DNA of 64,000 nucleotides, taken from the NCBI GenBank assembly GCA_035652435.1, contig DASRDU010000099.1, positions 130,453 to 194,452 of the forward strand, written 5' to 3'. The notes beneath the pieces are model-generated. The model was not told the origin of the DNA. It searched no databases and saw only the letters and a program-made list of their open reading frames with translations. The number at the start of each line of letters is the position of its first letter. Position 1 is the first letter of the stretch. The stretch is from Blastocatellia bacterium. Its GTDB lineage: Bacteria; Acidobacteriota; Blastocatellia; RBC074. Below, one piece after another: positions 39,186-49,932 of the stretch. The position numbers were made by a program, and so were the translations under genes.

Positions 39186-40253
39186 ATGAGTGGTTATCTC
39201 GACAGCACGAAGCCTGTCCGGCCCGGCGAAGAGCTTGACGCGCCCCGGCTGGAATCCTGGATCAGGGAACGCCTGCCTGATTTCACCGGGTCGCTCGCGG
39301 TCGAACAGTTTCCCGGCGGTCATTCCAACCTGACTTATCTGTTGCGAATCGGTGAGCAGGAGATGGTACTGCGCCGCCCACCGTTCGGCAATCGAGTCAA
39401 ATCCGCGCATGATATGGGCCGCGAATATCGCGTGCTGTCGAAACTCTGTCACGTTTACGGCCCCGCCCCGCGCCCGCTGGCTTACTGCGAAGATGAATCG
39501 GTCATCGGCGCGCCTTTCTATCTGATGGAGCGGAGGCGCGGTCTGGTGATCCGCAACACGCCCCCAGCGGGAGTTTCTCTCGACCCGCAGAATATCCGGC
39601 GGGTTTGTGAAGCCGTGGTTGATAACCTGGCGGACCTGCACGGGATTGATTATCAGGCGGCGGGCCTCGGCGATCTGGGCCATCCTGAAGGTTACGCCAC
39701 GCGGCAGGTCGAGGGATGGACGAAGCGCTACTTCAACGCGAAGACCGAGGAGCATCCTGAGATCGAGCAGATCATCCCCTGGCTTGCGGAACGCATTCCG
39801 AAAGGGAGCGGCGCCGCCGTAGTTCACAACGATTACAAATTTGACAACCTGATGTTTGACCCGGCTGACCTGACGCGCATCGTCGCGGTGCTGGACTGGG
39901 AGATGTGTACCATCGGCGACCCGCTGATGGACCTCGGCTGCACGCTCGCTTACTGGCCCGAAGCCGGCGACGAGAACGTGCTGCTGCCCGGCGGCTTCAG
40001 CCCGACGGCGCTGCCGGGCGCGATGACGCGCGGCGAAATTGCCGCGCGCTACGGTGAGAAGACAGGGCGCGACGTTTCGCACCTGCTCTTTTACTACTGC
40101 TTCGGCCTCTTCAAGCTCGCCGCTGTGTTGCAGCAGATTTACTGGCGCTACGCGAACGGGCACACGCAGGACAAACGGTTCGCGCACTTCAATCAGTCGG
40201 TCGCAATCCTGGGCAGGGCCGCCGTGCAGGCAGCCGAGGCGGGTCATTTCTAA
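39186..40253 (+). CDS. Phosphotransferase (APH/choline-kinase-like) family protein
   Basis: Brenner motif VHNDYKFDNLMFD. LDWEMCTIGDPLMDLG. The listed ORF start is 14 codons upstream, at 39144. Confidence 0.8.
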   Translation: MSGYLDSTKPVRPGEELDAPRLESWIRERLPDFTGSLAVEQFPGGHSNLTYLLRIGEQEMVLRRPPFGNRVKSAHDMGREYRVLSKLCHVYGPAPRPLAYCEDESVIGAPFYLMERRRGLVIRNTPPAGVSLDPQNIRRVCEAVVDNLADLHGIDYQAAGLGDLGHPEGYATRQVEGWTKRYFNAKTEEHPEIEQIIPWLAERIPKGSGAAVVHNDYKFDNLMFDPADLTRIVAVLDWEMCTIGDPLMDLGCTLAYWPEAGDENVLLPGGFSPTALPGAMTRGEIAARYGEKTGRDVSHLLFYYCFGLFKLAAVLQQIYWRYANGHTQDKRFAHFNQSVAILGRAAVQAAEAGHF

Positions 40254-40270
40254 TCGAAAGGAACTCTCAA

Positions 40271-41044
40271 ATGGCAGATTCAATGTTTGATCTGACCGGC
40301 AAAGTCGCAATCATCACCGGCTCGACCAAAGGCATCGGGCGCGCGATTGCCGAAGCGATGGCGCGCTCGGGGGCGAAGGTCATCGTCTCCAGCCGCAAGG
40401 CCGACAAGTGCGAAGAGGTGGCCGGCGCGATTCGCGGTGAGGGCTTGGAAGCGACCGCGATTGCCTGCAATATCGGCAAAAAGGAAGAGGTTGAAAATCT
40501 GGTCGCCGAAACCAGAAAGCGTTACGGGCAGGTTGACGTGCTGGTCTGCAACGCGGCGGTGAATCCATACTTCGGCCCGATGGCCGGGGCGGGCGATGAC
40601 GTCTTCACGAAGGTTATGGATTCCAACCTCCGCAGCAACCTGTGGCTCTGCAATCTGGTGCTGCCCGAAATGGCCGAACGCAAAGACGGCAGCGTCATTA
40701 TCGTTTCGAGCATCGGCGGGTTGAAAGGCACGACGATGCTCGGACTCTATGCCATCTCGAAAGCCGCCGATATGCAACTGGCCCGCAACCTCGCGGTCGA
40801 ATGGGGGCAGCACAACATTCGCGTCAATTGCATCGCGCCGGGACTCGTGAGGACTGACTTCGCCAAGGCACTCTGGGAAAACCCGAAGCTGCTCGCGACG
40901 ACCGAGGCTTCGACACCGCTGCGCCGGATCGGAGAGCCGGAAGATATCGCGGGCGCGGCAGTGTTTCTGTCGTCACGCGCCGGTAGCTGGATGACTGGGC
41001 AGGTGATCGTGATTGACGGCGGGGTGACGATTGCCGGAGGCTGA
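40271..41044 (+). CDS. SDR family oxidoreductase
   Basis: ITGSTKGIGRAIA cofactor motif. NAAV. YAISKAA catalytic motif. Confidence 0.85.
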   Translation: MADSMFDLTGKVAIITGSTKGIGRAIAEAMARSGAKVIVSSRKADKCEEVAGAIRGEGLEATAIACNIGKKEEVENLVAETRKRYGQVDVLVCNAAVNPYFGPMAGAGDDVFTKVMDSNLRSNLWLCNLVLPEMAERKDGSVIIVSSIGGLKGTTMLGLYAISKAADMQLARNLAVEWGQHNIRVNCIAPGLVRTDFAKALWENPKLLATTEASTPLRRIGEPEDIAGAAVFLSSRAGSWMTGQVIVIDGGVTIAGG

Positions 41045-41164
41045 TTTGTACAGCAAACTGGAAAATTTGCTGATGTCCCCTCAACACGAACTTTCAGAAT
41101 ATCGTCGCGCCTTTTACGTAATCATCAGCAGACTGGAAAGTTTACTGTACAGCAGGAGGAAACC

Positions 41165-42190
41165 ATGCGGCTTGGAGTGAACTTTGGTTACTGGGGGCCG
41201 GATTCAAAGGACAACGTGACGCTGGCTCAGGAGGCAGACCGGCTGGGCTACCATTCGGTCTGGACGGCTGAAGCTTACGGCTCGGACGCCGTCACCACGC
41301 TCGTGTGGCTGGCGGCGAAGACCGAGCGCATCAACGTCGGCACCGCGATTATGCAGATGACAGCGCGCGTGCCGGCGATGACGGCGATGACGGCGGCGAC
41401 GATTGACCTGCTGACCGGGGGCAGGATGCTGCTCGGCATCGGTGCGTCGGGGCCGCAGGTCGTCGAGGGATGGCACGGCGTGCCTTACGGCAAGCCGCTC
41501 GGTCGCACGCGCGAGTACGTCGAGATCATCCGCACCGTTTTGAAGCGCGAGAAACCTCTCGAACACCACGGCGAGCATTACGACATCCCGGCGCGCGGCG
41601 GCAGCGGCCTCGGCAAGCCGCTCAAGCTGATCACGCACCCGCTGCGCTCGGACATCCCGATTTATCTGGCGGCAATCGGGCCGAAGAACGTCGCGCTCGC
41701 GGCCGAGATCGCCGACGGGTGGCTACCTTTCCTGATTTCGCCGGAGCGGATGGGCATCTATCGCGAGTGGCTGGATGAAGGTTTTGCCCGCGCCGGGGGA
41801 GGGAAGGATCTGTCGAGCTTTGACATTGCGCCGTCGGTGACGGTCGCTTTGGGCGATGACGTGAACGCGTGCCGCAATTCGGTCAAGCCATTCATCGCGC
41901 TTTACGTCGGCGGGATGGGCGCGCGGGAGAAGAATTTTTACTTCAATCTGGTCTGCCGGTACGGCTACGAAGAAGCCGCGCACAAAATTCAGGATCTGTT
42001 CCTTTCGGGCCGCAAGGCCGAGGCGACCGCCGCCGTGCCGGACGAACTGGTTGATGAAGTCGCGCTGTGCGGCCCGCGCGAGCGCATCGCCGAACGGCTC
42101 TCGGCGTGGCAGACCTGCGGCATCACCACGCTGATCTGTGCCGGGGCCAATCCGGAGTCGTTGCGGATGATGGCGGAACTCGCGCTCTGA
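41165..42190 (+). CDS. LLM-class (luciferase-like) flavin/F420-dependent oxidoreductase
   Basis: [10 protein letters not shown]...[15 protein letters not shown]...LLGIGASGP is typical of the LLM TIM-barrel family. Confidence 0.8.
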   Translation: MRLGVNFGYWGPDSKDNVTLAQEADRLGYHSVWTAEAYGSDAVTTLVWLAAKTERINVGTAIMQMTARVPAMTAMTAATIDLLTGGRMLLGIGASGPQVVEGWHGVPYGKPLGRTREYVEIIRTVLKREKPLEHHGEHYDIPARGGSGLGKPLKLITHPLRSDIPIYLAAIGPKNVALAAEIADGWLPFLISPERMGIYREWLDEGFARAGGGKDLSSFDIAPSVTVALGDDVNACRNSVKPFIALYVGGMGAREKNFYFNLVCRYGYEEAAHKIQDLFLSGRKAEATAAVPDELVDEVALCGPRERIAERLSAWQTCGITTLICAGANPESLRMMAELAL

Positions 42191-42199
42191 AAATGAGCG

Positions 42200-42556
42200 T
42201 CACTCGTAATGGGCGCTGCCTTTGACGGCTTGTTGCCGGTCGTTGAAAGCGATCACTTCCGCGACGCTCCGGCCCGCCTGGTTACGGTAAAGGATGGTGA
42301 TGCTGTTGACGCCGGTGAGGACGCCGAGCAGTTCAAAGTGGAGTGGTGGCTGGGCCGTCATGGCCGGCTGAAAGTAAGGCCGGATCGCGGCTTTGCCTCT
42401 GAGCGTCCCCGACGGCTCTTTCATCCGCTCGACGATAAGCGGTGAACTCATCTCGAAATCATCGGCGTAATGCGAGAAGATGCGTTCGAGGTCGTGCGAG
42501 TTCCATGCCTCGATCCAGTCTTGTGCGTATGCTCTGGCGAATTCCGTGGTGATCAT
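42200..42556 (-). CDS. NTF2-like (SnoaL/ketosteroid-isomerase-like) small protein
   Basis: 118 aa. AYAQDWIEAWNSHDLERIFSHYADDFEM is the typical SnoaL-like N-terminal pattern. Confidence 0.65.
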   Translation of the reverse strand: MITTEFARAYAQDWIEAWNSHDLERIFSHYADDFEMSSPLIVERMKEPSGTLRGKAAIRPYFQPAMTAQPPLHFELLGVLTGVNSITILYRNQAGRSVAEVIAFNDRQQAVKGSAHYE

Positions 42557-42696
42557 TCCGAAGTCATCCTTATTTTCTTTGATTGATCCGAACCCGATTC
42601 GGGAAGCGATGATACGTTGACGTTCGGTTCGCGGTAAACTGCCGGTACTGAAATTATTCCAAAGCCGTCAGACCGGCCTGAAGAGAGATACTCACA

Positions 42697-43863
42697 TTGC
42701 GAGACTCACAGAGAATAGAGGCAGTGCAGTCGCCAATCATCCCAGTGGTCGGCGAAATGATCAGGAACCACCCGGGCACGATCTCGCTCGGTCAGGGCGT
42801 GGTCTATTACGGCCCGCCGCCGCAGGCGATTGATCAGATCGCGACTTTCCTCGCCGATCCGCAGCAGCACAAATACCAGGCAGTGCATGGGATCCCGCCG
42901 CTGCTCGAAGCCCTGGCCGCGAAGCTGCGGGATGAAAACGGAATCAGTGTTGACGATGGCTCGCGGATCATCGTGACGGCGGGCGGCAACATGGCTTTTG
43001 TCAATGCGCTGCTCGCGATCACCGACCCGGGCGACGAGATCATTCTCCAGCTGCCGTATTACTTCAACCACGAGATGGCCATTGTGATGGCGGATTGCAA
43101 GGCGGTACTCGTGGCGACGGACGAAAATTATCAACTCCGACCGGAAGCGATCCGGCGGGCGATCACCGGCAGAACCCGCGCCGTGGTCACGATCTCGCCG
43201 AACAACCCGACGGGCGCGGTCTACCCGGAAGCGGCGTTGCGCGAGGTCAACGAACTCTGCCGTAATCACAGGATCTATCACATCAATGATGAGGCCTACG
43301 AATACTTCACTTATGGCGGCGTGAAACATTTCTCCCCGGGATCAATCCCAGGCGGCGGCGCGCACACGATCTCACTCTTCTCGCTCTCGAAGGCTTACGG
43401 TTTCGCGAGCTGGCGGATCGGGTATATGGTGGCCCCTGAGCGCCTGTTCACTCCGATCAATAAGATTCAGGACACGATCCTGATCTGCCCGCCGGTCGTC
43501 TCGCAGTTTGCCGGCGCGGGCGCGTTGCGGGCCGGCGCCGGCTACTGCCGCGACAAGCTGCAGCCGCTTGCCGAAGTGCGCGAGATTGTATTGAATGAAC
43601 TGGACGCGATCAGAAATCTTTGTCTGGTGCCCCCTGCGGACGGGGCCTTTTACTTTCTGCTGAAGATTGATGCGGCACTCGACCCGCTTGATCTCGTCGA
43701 GCGTCTGATTCGTCAGCACGGCGTCGCTGCGATCCCAGGAACGGCCTTCGGCATGGCGGATGGCTGTTACCTGCGCGTCGCGTATGGCGCGCTGGAAAAG
43801 AAGACTGTTGCTGAAGGAATTGGCAGACTGGTGCGTGGGATCAGAACGATACTGAAAGGGTGA
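42697..43863 (+). CDS. PLP-dependent aminotransferase, class I/II
   Basis: PLP-lysine context SLSKAYGFASWRIGY. PNNPTG motif. About 390 aa. Confidence 0.85.
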   Translation: MRDSQRIEAVQSPIIPVVGEMIRNHPGTISLGQGVVYYGPPPQAIDQIATFLADPQQHKYQAVHGIPPLLEALAAKLRDENGISVDDGSRIIVTAGGNMAFVNALLAITDPGDEIILQLPYYFNHEMAIVMADCKAVLVATDENYQLRPEAIRRAITGRTRAVVTISPNNPTGAVYPEAALREVNELCRNHRIYHINDEAYEYFTYGGVKHFSPGSIPGGGAHTISLFSLSKAYGFASWRIGYMVAPERLFTPINKIQDTILICPPVVSQFAGAGALRAGAGYCRDKLQPLAEVREIVLNELDAIRNLCLVPPADGAFYFLLKIDAALDPLDLVERLIRQHGVAAIPGTAFGMADGCYLRVAYGALEKKTVAEGIGRLVRGIRTILKG

Positions 43864-43869
43864 GTAAAG

Positions 43870-44658
43870 ATGAACGTCATTTGCTGTCAGCTTGACACTG
43901 CCTGGGAAGACAAATCAGCCAATCACGACAAGGTTCGCCGGCTGCTTGATTCTGCCAGGCCGACAAAAGGCTCGCTGGTCGTGCTGTCGGAAATGTTTGC
44001 GACCGGCTTCAGTATGAACGTCGCGGGCATCTCGGACAGCGAGACGCGCGAGACGCAGAATTTTCTTGCCCGCACGGCCGCCGATTACTGCGTTTATGTG
44101 CTTGGCGGGGTTGTGACGACTGATCCGAGCGGCAGGGGGCGCAACGAATGCGTGGTCTGGTCACCTGAGGGCATGGAGATTGCGCGCTATTGCAAAATGC
44201 AGCCGTTCACGCTCGGCGGCGAGGCGCAGCATTACGTGGCGGGAGCGGGGCCGCTGGTCTTCCCGCTTCAGGAATTCAACCTCGCGCCGTTCATCTGTTA
44301 CGACCTGCGCTTCCCGGAAATCTTTCGCTCGGCCGTTCTGAAGGGCGCGAACCTGTACACCGTCATCGCCAGCTGGCCGGTCTACCGCGAGCATCACTGG
44401 ATGACTCTGCTCAAGGCGCGCGCGATTGAAAACCAGGCTTACGTCGTCGGCGTCAATCGCTGCGGCAAAGACCCGTTGCACCCCCACTCGGGCCGCAGCC
44501 TGATCGTTGACCCACGCGGCGAGGTGATGGCCGACGCAGGCAACGGCGAATGCACGATCAGCGCCGAACTCGATCTGCAGGCGCTGATCAGTTACCGCGA
44601 GCAGTTCCCATTTTTGAAAGATATTCGCGCCGAGTACGTCAGGCCTACTGCTGATTGA
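43870..44658 (+). CDS. Carbon-nitrogen hydrolase (nitrilase superfamily, omega-amidase-like)
   Basis: E-K-C triad context: VLSEMF (Glu), CKMQ (Lys), ICYDLRFPE (Cys). Confidence 0.8.
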   Translation: MNVICCQLDTAWEDKSANHDKVRRLLDSARPTKGSLVVLSEMFATGFSMNVAGISDSETRETQNFLARTAADYCVYVLGGVVTTDPSGRGRNECVVWSPEGMEIARYCKMQPFTLGGEAQHYVAGAGPLVFPLQEFNLAPFICYDLRFPEIFRSAVLKGANLYTVIASWPVYREHHWMTLLKARAIENQAYVVGVNRCGKDPLHPHSGRSLIVDPRGEVMADAGNGECTISAELDLQALISYREQFPFLKDIRAEYVRPTAD

Positions 44659-45487
44659 AGCCGGTCGCCCGCCGGAAGGATTCGACGTAACGCCCGTCCT
44701 TTTTCGGGGCGCGAGCCCTGAAGCCGGCGACCAGCTTTTCCAGATCCTTCGGATCCCAGTCGGGCCGGTACTTGCTGATTGAGGGCTCGAACTGGCTGAC
44801 CTGTTTGCTGGCGGCTTTGACCTTCAAATCAAACACCTCGGTGATGTCCACGTGGTAATTCGCTTCGGATGCGGCGTAATAAAACATCAGCAGCGGAACC
44901 CTGTAAGGCTTCAGGTTGTCTGTGAGCAGGTGGTCGGGGTAGTAGAGGTGAAATTCAGCCGCGCGCACCGCGTCAATCGTATTGAAAGCCGCCATCCGGT
45001 GATCCGACTTGTGCCAGCGTTCATACAACTCGCCTGGGTCAATGCTGAAGAGGACGTCGGGGCGGTGCTGGCGAATCAGCTTCGTCGCCTGACCGCATAA
45101 GGCTTTCGGTTCCGCATACTCCAGCTCGCCGTCGTTGTATCCCAGCCAGATGATGTTCTCTTTCGGAATGCCCAGCACCTCGCAGGAAGCCTCCTCTTCG
45201 GCCTTGCGGATGCGGGCCAGACGTTCGCTCGTCATCTCCAGATCGAATGAACCCTTGTTGTCGTTGGTGTAGATGACGATGATGATTTTGTTCCCGTTGC
45301 GCGCCAGCAGCGCCAGAGTGCCACCGCAGCCAAACAGGTCGTCGTCGGGGTGCGGCGTAAAGACCATCACGGTTTTGCCGCGCCAGTTTTCAACACGATC
45401 CTGTGACTGCTGGTTCTGAGTTTCAGCCACGGCGACAGGCAGGAAGAAAAGCAGCAATCCGATCAATAAAGCAGAGAATCTCTTCAT
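44645..45487 (-). CDS. PIG-L/LmbE family deacetylase, secreted
   Basis: VMVFTPHPDDDLFGCGGTLA (HPDD motif). The signal peptide MKRFSALLIGLLLFFLPVAVA starts at the ATG at 45487, preceded by GGAGGG. The listed ORF extends 10 codons further upstream. Confidence 0.8.
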   Translation of the reverse strand: MKRFSALLIGLLLFFLPVAVAETQNQQSQDRVENWRGKTVMVFTPHPDDDLFGCGGTLALLARNGNKIIIVIYTNDNKGSFDLEMTSERLARIRKAEEEASCEVLGIPKENIIWLGYNDGELEYAEPKALCGQATKLIRQHRPDVLFSIDPGELYERWHKSDHRMAAFNTIDAVRAAEFHLYYPDHLLTDNLKPYRVPLLMFYYAASEANYHVDITEVFDLKVKAASKQVSQFEPSISKYRPDWDPKDLEKLVAGFRARAPKKDGRYVESFRRATGFNQQ

Positions 45488-45508
45488 CGTGTCCCTCCGA
45501 GAATAGGC

Positions 45509-45615
45509 CTCTTGCAAAAGTCACGATCAGCGGGTGTGTCAGTAGCCCGACCGTCACGCGAGGGCTTGGGAGCGGGCCCTCCCTGACGGTCAGGCTGCTG
45601 ACACTTTTGCAAGAG
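45509..45615. repeat. REP-like long palindromic repeat, copy 2 (nested inverted repeats)
   Basis: Outer inverted repeat CCTCTTGCAAAAGT / ACTTTTGCAAGAG. It encloses GTGTCAGTAGCCCGACCGTCA...CCCTCCCTGACGGTCAGGCTGCTGACAC, which is homologous to the unit at 31936-32009. Confidence 0.7.
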
Positions 45616-45647
45616 ACCTGATGTACGGCGCGCCGCATGCCGTCGCT

Positions 45648-46994
45648 TCAAGGTTGTTCGGGTTTGTCTTTCAGACTGCCCAAGGCGTGGTAGACGTGAA
45701 TCAGGCCGCGATCCACCATGCGCTCGCCGGCGCCGACTTCGACGCGGGTCGTGATGGTGTTCGCGCCGTAGCCGCCGGCCACCGCGTCGCGGATCGTCGG
45801 GAAGTAGGCAATGTAACCATTCGTGTAACCGCACAGGAAAGTCGCTGCGAGCGGTGAGCGGGCTTTGAGCGAGAGCTGCAATCCGACGAAGGGTTCGCCC
45901 GGCAATCCGACCAGCGCGATCTGGCGATTGATCACAAGCGTTGTGACCGGCGCCGTGATCGGGTCTGTGAGGTAACGCAGATACCGCCGCGGGGGATTCG
46001 CGCCGTAAGCCGCGACCAGTTGCGTCCGGAGCGATTCCTGACTCCAGCGATTTTTGAAATTCATTTCCTCGCTGATGTAGGCGAGTTCGGGGGTGGCCGG
46101 AGCCTGGGTCTGAATCGTGCGACTGACGCGCACCACCTCGCGGCCGAGCTTTTCACCGACGCGGCGCATTTCGGCGTCGGCATTTTCCGGGAGCGGCGTC
46201 TTGTCCATCATCGGATTGATGTCGCCGGGCGCGCCCTGCAGGAAGAAACAGGTCGGTTTGTTGCCGAAACTCTCTTCGACCAGCCGCGACATTGCGCCAG
46301 GGTAATCGGCAGAGTAGCGCAGATTGTCCGGGCCGAACACGACCGGGTGGCAGGCATAGTTGACCAGAATCGCCAGCGGATTACCCTGAAGGTCGTCAAC
46401 GCGAATGACGCCGACCGTCGGATCAATCACGCCCGTCGGCTGCCCCGTACTGTTACGCCAGAGCATCTTCACCGTGCCGTCTGACTGAATGTATCTGCGG
46501 TTGTGGCCGATGATGATCTGTCCGGTGCCGGTGCCGATGCGCGCCGTTTGCATGTGCGCGCGGGCCTGACCAATCGCTTCAACGATTCTGTCAAGCGCGC
46601 GGCGCTCCCATTCGGGCAGACCGCCTTCGTAATCCTCGTCAATGACCGGCCCCGAGTGAGTGTGAGAGGCAATGAACATCACTTCGTCAACGCGATAATC
46701 ACGCCGCACCCGCTCGCGCACGCTCTGCATCTGCGGCTGCCCGAACGTGCGGCCCAGATCGAGCGTGACCACTGCGACCGTCTTCTGCCCTTCGCTGAGT
46801 ACCAGCGCCCGTGCGTAGAGCGGATCCAGCGTGCCGGTCGCGGGGCCTGAGCGATTGCTGTATCCCCACAGTTCGACGCCGGGCGGCGGGGTGATGTCAG
46901 CGCGCGCAACGCCCGCACTCAGACCCGAGGCCCCGGCGCTGATTGCGCCGGTCATTGTACAAAGCAGGATGATCAACAAAACGATTTGGCGCAT
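45648..46994 (-). CDS. Neutral ceramidase-like secreted hydrolase (paralogue 2)
   Basis: The signal peptide [22 protein letters not shown] starts at the ATG at 46994, preceded by GGGGAGG. The listed ORF extends 6 codons further upstream. ADITPPPG...ASHTHSGPV. Similar along its length to the downstream paralogue. Confidence 0.6.
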   Translation of the reverse strand: MRQIVLLIILLCTMTGAISAGASGLSAGVARADITPPPGVELWGYSNRSGPATGTLDPLYARALVLSEGQKTVAVVTLDLGRTFGQPQMQSVRERVRRDYRVDEVMFIASHTHSGPVIDEDYEGGLPEWERRALDRIVEAIGQARAHMQTARIGTGTGQIIIGHNRRYIQSDGTVKMLWRNSTGQPTGVIDPTVGVIRVDDLQGNPLAILVNYACHPVVFGPDNLRYSADYPGAMSRLVEESFGNKPTCFFLQGAPGDINPMMDKTPLPENADAEMRRVGEKLGREVVRVSRTIQTQAPATPELAYISEEMNFKNRWSQESLRTQLVAAYGANPPRRYLRYLTDPITAPVTTLVINRQIALVGLPGEPFVGLQLSLKARSPLAATFLCGYTNGYIAYFPTIRDAVAGGYGANTITTRVEVGAGERMVDRGLIHVYHALGSLKDKPEQP

Positions 46995-47008
46995 AGTCGC
47001 ACCTCCCC

Positions 47009-48286
47009 TCAACGCCCGGGTGAATCTTTGAGTTTGCCCGCCAGACTGAACATCTGGATGACGGCCCGATCAATCATCGCTTCTCCCGCGCCGACTTCGA
47101 GCCGCGTGTTGTAACCCGCGCCGTAACCGCCTTCAGCCGCCGCCTGAATTGTCGGGATGTAGCCGACCCACTCGCCGCCCGCGCTGTACGTGTAGCCGAA
47201 AAGAAATGTGTTTCTGAATTCCGATTTGTCGCGCAACCCGATCTGCAGATCAACGAACGGTTCGCCCGGCAGGGTGGCAATGGCAATGTCACTGTTGATG
47301 AGCAGCGTCGTCAGACCCGCACGAATGGTTTTGTTCTTATCCCAACGGTCACGGAACTCGACCACTTCGGCGGCGGCACGCAATGCGGGCAGAGCATTAG
47401 GTTGCGGCTTCAGGCGCCGCGCAACTTTTACCGCTTCTTCGGCCAGCGCATTGCCCATCTTCTCCGCTTCGCCGAAGCCATTCTGGTCAACCGGCTGCTT
47501 GTCCAGATAGGGATTGATGTCGCCCGCGCCGCCCTGCGTAAACATGCACAGAGCGCCGGCGAATTCGCGCTCCACACGGCGCGCCAGATAGCCCGGATAA
47601 TCTGCCGAAATCATCCGGTTGTCCGGGCCGAGTACGACGGCGTGGCAGGCGTAATTGACGATGATCGCGCGGGGCGTGCCGGTCGCATCATCAATGCGCA
47701 TGACGCCGACAATCGGATCGAGCGGGCCGGTCGGGGATTTTTCGGCATTGCGCCAGAGCATCGTCACTTTGCCATCAGGCCCGACCCGGCGCCGGTTGTG
47801 GCCGAGGTAAATCTCCCCGAAGCCCGCAGCGATGCGTGCCGGAAACATTTTTCCCGCCGCGTCTTCAATCGCGCTCAGGATCTTCTGCTCAGTCTCGGCG
47901 AACCACGAACGTCCTCCGCCCGGCCACGACTGGTCTTCCCACGTGAGCGGGCCGGAGTGATTGTGTGTGACGGCAATCAGGACGTGGTTTGCCAGGCGGC
48001 GCTCGCGCGCCACAGTGACCACGCGCTCGGAGGGGAATGAGCGCAGGTCGCAACTGACCATCGCGACGGTCACTGCCCCCACTTTCAGCACCAGCGCCGT
48101 CGCATAGAGCGGGTCGTGGACGCCCGTTGACGGCCCCTGGCGATTGGCGTACCCGCCCATCGGGTGGCCCACCGGCGGCGTGATCTCGACGCGAGACACG
48201 CCCGCGGAGAGTTCGTCCGCGAAACCGGCGGCGTTTAGCGAACACCAGAACAATACGAACAGGGCGATGCGTGGTAATGGCTTCAT
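47009..48286 (-). CDS. Neutral ceramidase-like secreted hydrolase (paralogue 3; tandem with 45648..46994)
   Basis: Signal peptide [37 protein letters not shown]...VTHNHSGPL. Shared C-terminal [12 protein letters not shown] / [16 protein letters not shown] block. Confidence 0.6.
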   Translation of the reverse strand: MKPLPRIALFVLFWCSLNAAGFADELSAGVSRVEITPPVGHPMGGYANRQGPSTGVHDPLYATALVLKVGAVTVAMVSCDLRSFPSERVVTVARERRLANHVLIAVTHNHSGPLTWEDQSWPGGGRSWFAETEQKILSAIEDAAGKMFPARIAAGFGEIYLGHNRRRVGPDGKVTMLWRNAEKSPTGPLDPIVGVMRIDDATGTPRAIIVNYACHAVVLGPDNRMISADYPGYLARRVEREFAGALCMFTQGGAGDINPYLDKQPVDQNGFGEAEKMGNALAEEAVKVARRLKPQPNALPALRAAAEVVEFRDRWDKNKTIRAGLTTLLINSDIAIATLPGEPFVDLQIGLRDKSEFRNTFLFGYTYSAGGEWVGYIPTIQAAAEGGYGAGYNTRLEVGAGEAMIDRAVIQMFSLAGKLKDSPGR

Positions 48287-48307
48287 AACTGACCACCATC
48301 CTGATTT

Positions 48308-49705
48308 CTAAGGTGCGGCAAGGCATCTGATCTGATTGGCATAAATCCAGGGGCGCATCTCGCCGTCCAGCTTCAACCACACTTCGGCGCGATAAGTGCC
48401 GGGCGAAGTGACTTCCCATTCCAGAGTGTCATCCTCAACCTCGCGGACGTTCTCTCCGTTGCGGAAAAGCCTGATGACACCGGCTGCGGGAGCCGCAACG
48501 CGCAACCGCAATCTCCCGGTGAATCTGATTTCGTCGCCCATCACTCCAATACGCCTGGACGGCTTCACCGATTCCGCCACGAAGGCAAAGCCGGTCGGAT
48601 CGCAGAGCCAGTCGTGCGCGACGTAAACATGCGCCTGCTTTAATGCACCGCGTGTCGCAGCCTCGCTCAGCCCTTTCGCGAGGATGTGCGTAGACACGTA
48701 ACTCAGGCTGCGCTCGTAAGGGTCGAAATCAAGCCTGGCGATTATGTCGCCCGCCTGACGGCCAGCGGTCAGTTCAGTCAGCCGTGAGGCCCGATCGGCT
48801 GTAATTTTGAGCGAAGGATTCTTATCGCCGGTGAGCCAGAGTTCGATCGCATCGGGACTGCCGACTTTGACGGTGATGACCTGATTGTGGTGGCAGTCGT
48901 TCGCGGCTACCCCGGTGACGCGGTGCGTCTGACTGTCGCGATCCCACTTCGCCATGAAGGCGACGAGGTAATCCTGCTGTGCGCTGAAAATTTCCTGCGG
49001 GTATTCGGCCAGCAGCCTTTCAAATGCGGCCAGCCGGTCAGGGTCAGAGACGGTAGCGCGAATCCACTTCACGAACTCCCCCTGCTCGTCCTTGAAGTCG
49101 GTGTGGTGGTTGTAAATCTCCATCCCGTCCAGCCGCGCGGTCGGCCAGTCGGGCCGCTCTTCGACGTGCGAGAGGAAAATATCGCCGCCGCCTTTCCTGA
49201 TCAGGCTGATGTAATCATCGCGCGTCTTCCAGCTTGTGCCCTTGATCGAACTCAATGGATAGGCCAGAAAGCCCTCGGCTTCAGCGCCGGGGATGAACAG
49301 CACGCCTTCATGAGGTCCGCGCCAGCTGTCAGTAATGAAATCACGCGGTGGCCGCACGTGGTCGGTGAGCATGACGATGCTGACGCCGGTTCGTTTCGCC
49401 GCCGCCAGCAGTTCCGTCCGCGTGCCGCCGGTGTGCGCCGAGTCTTCGGCGTGGGCGTGCAGAATCGCGCGGTAATCCTTATATCCCGTGCGTAACGTCA
49501 CCGGTCGCCGCATCTGCGCGTACTTCGCCCGGTCTTCATGAACCGCGCGCAGGTGTTCCGGCTGGATTCGCTCGACGAAGGAATATTTGCGCCCCTCGCT
49601 CAGCGCGGGCTTTTGAAATTGTGGCAGAGAAAGCGAAAGGCAGAGCGCGGTTATCAGCAGGCACAGCACCACGGAAAGCAATGTCGGCAGAATCGTCTTT
49701 CGCAT
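48308..49705 (-). CDS. Secreted PHP/CehA-like metal-dependent phosphoesterase (tentative)
   Basis: Signal peptide or TM anchor. ILHAHAEDSAHTGG resembles the PHP-domain HxH...S motif. LTDHV and other His/Asp-rich motifs further along. Confidence 0.45.
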   Translation of the reverse strand: MRKTILPTLLSVVLCLLITALCLSLSLPQFQKPALSEGRKYSFVERIQPEHLRAVHEDRAKYAQMRRPVTLRTGYKDYRAILHAHAEDSAHTGGTRTELLAAAKRTGVSIVMLTDHVRPPRDFITDSWRGPHEGVLFIPGAEAEGFLAYPLSSIKGTSWKTRDDYISLIRKGGGDIFLSHVEERPDWPTARLDGMEIYNHHTDFKDEQGEFVKWIRATVSDPDRLAAFERLLAEYPQEIFSAQQDYLVAFMAKWDRDSQTHRVTGVAANDCHHNQVITVKVGSPDAIELWLTGDKNPSLKITADRASRLTELTAGRQAGDIIARLDFDPYERSLSYVSTHILAKGLSEAATRGALKQAHVYVAHDWLCDPTGFAFVAESVKPSRRIGVMGDEIRFTGRLRLRVAAPAAGVIRLFRNGENVREVEDDTLEWEVTSPGTYRAEVWLKLDGEMRPWIYANQIRCLAAP

Positions 49706-49932
49706 TTTGTCCGTCGAAGAGTGAAATCAGTTACTGAGTTACCGCGAGTCGTCGAACTGGATGACGCCATTGTAGCCGAGTCAGCCTGATGTTTCATTTG
49801 ATTGTCCGCAATTACGCCTGAAAATTTATCGCCTTGACACTGCTCCGGCTTCGGGCGTACAACCCGACCGGTCGGTAAGACTCACGGGCCGTGACCCCGG
49901 GCCGCCGGAGGTTGATCGGGAAGGGACACTTC

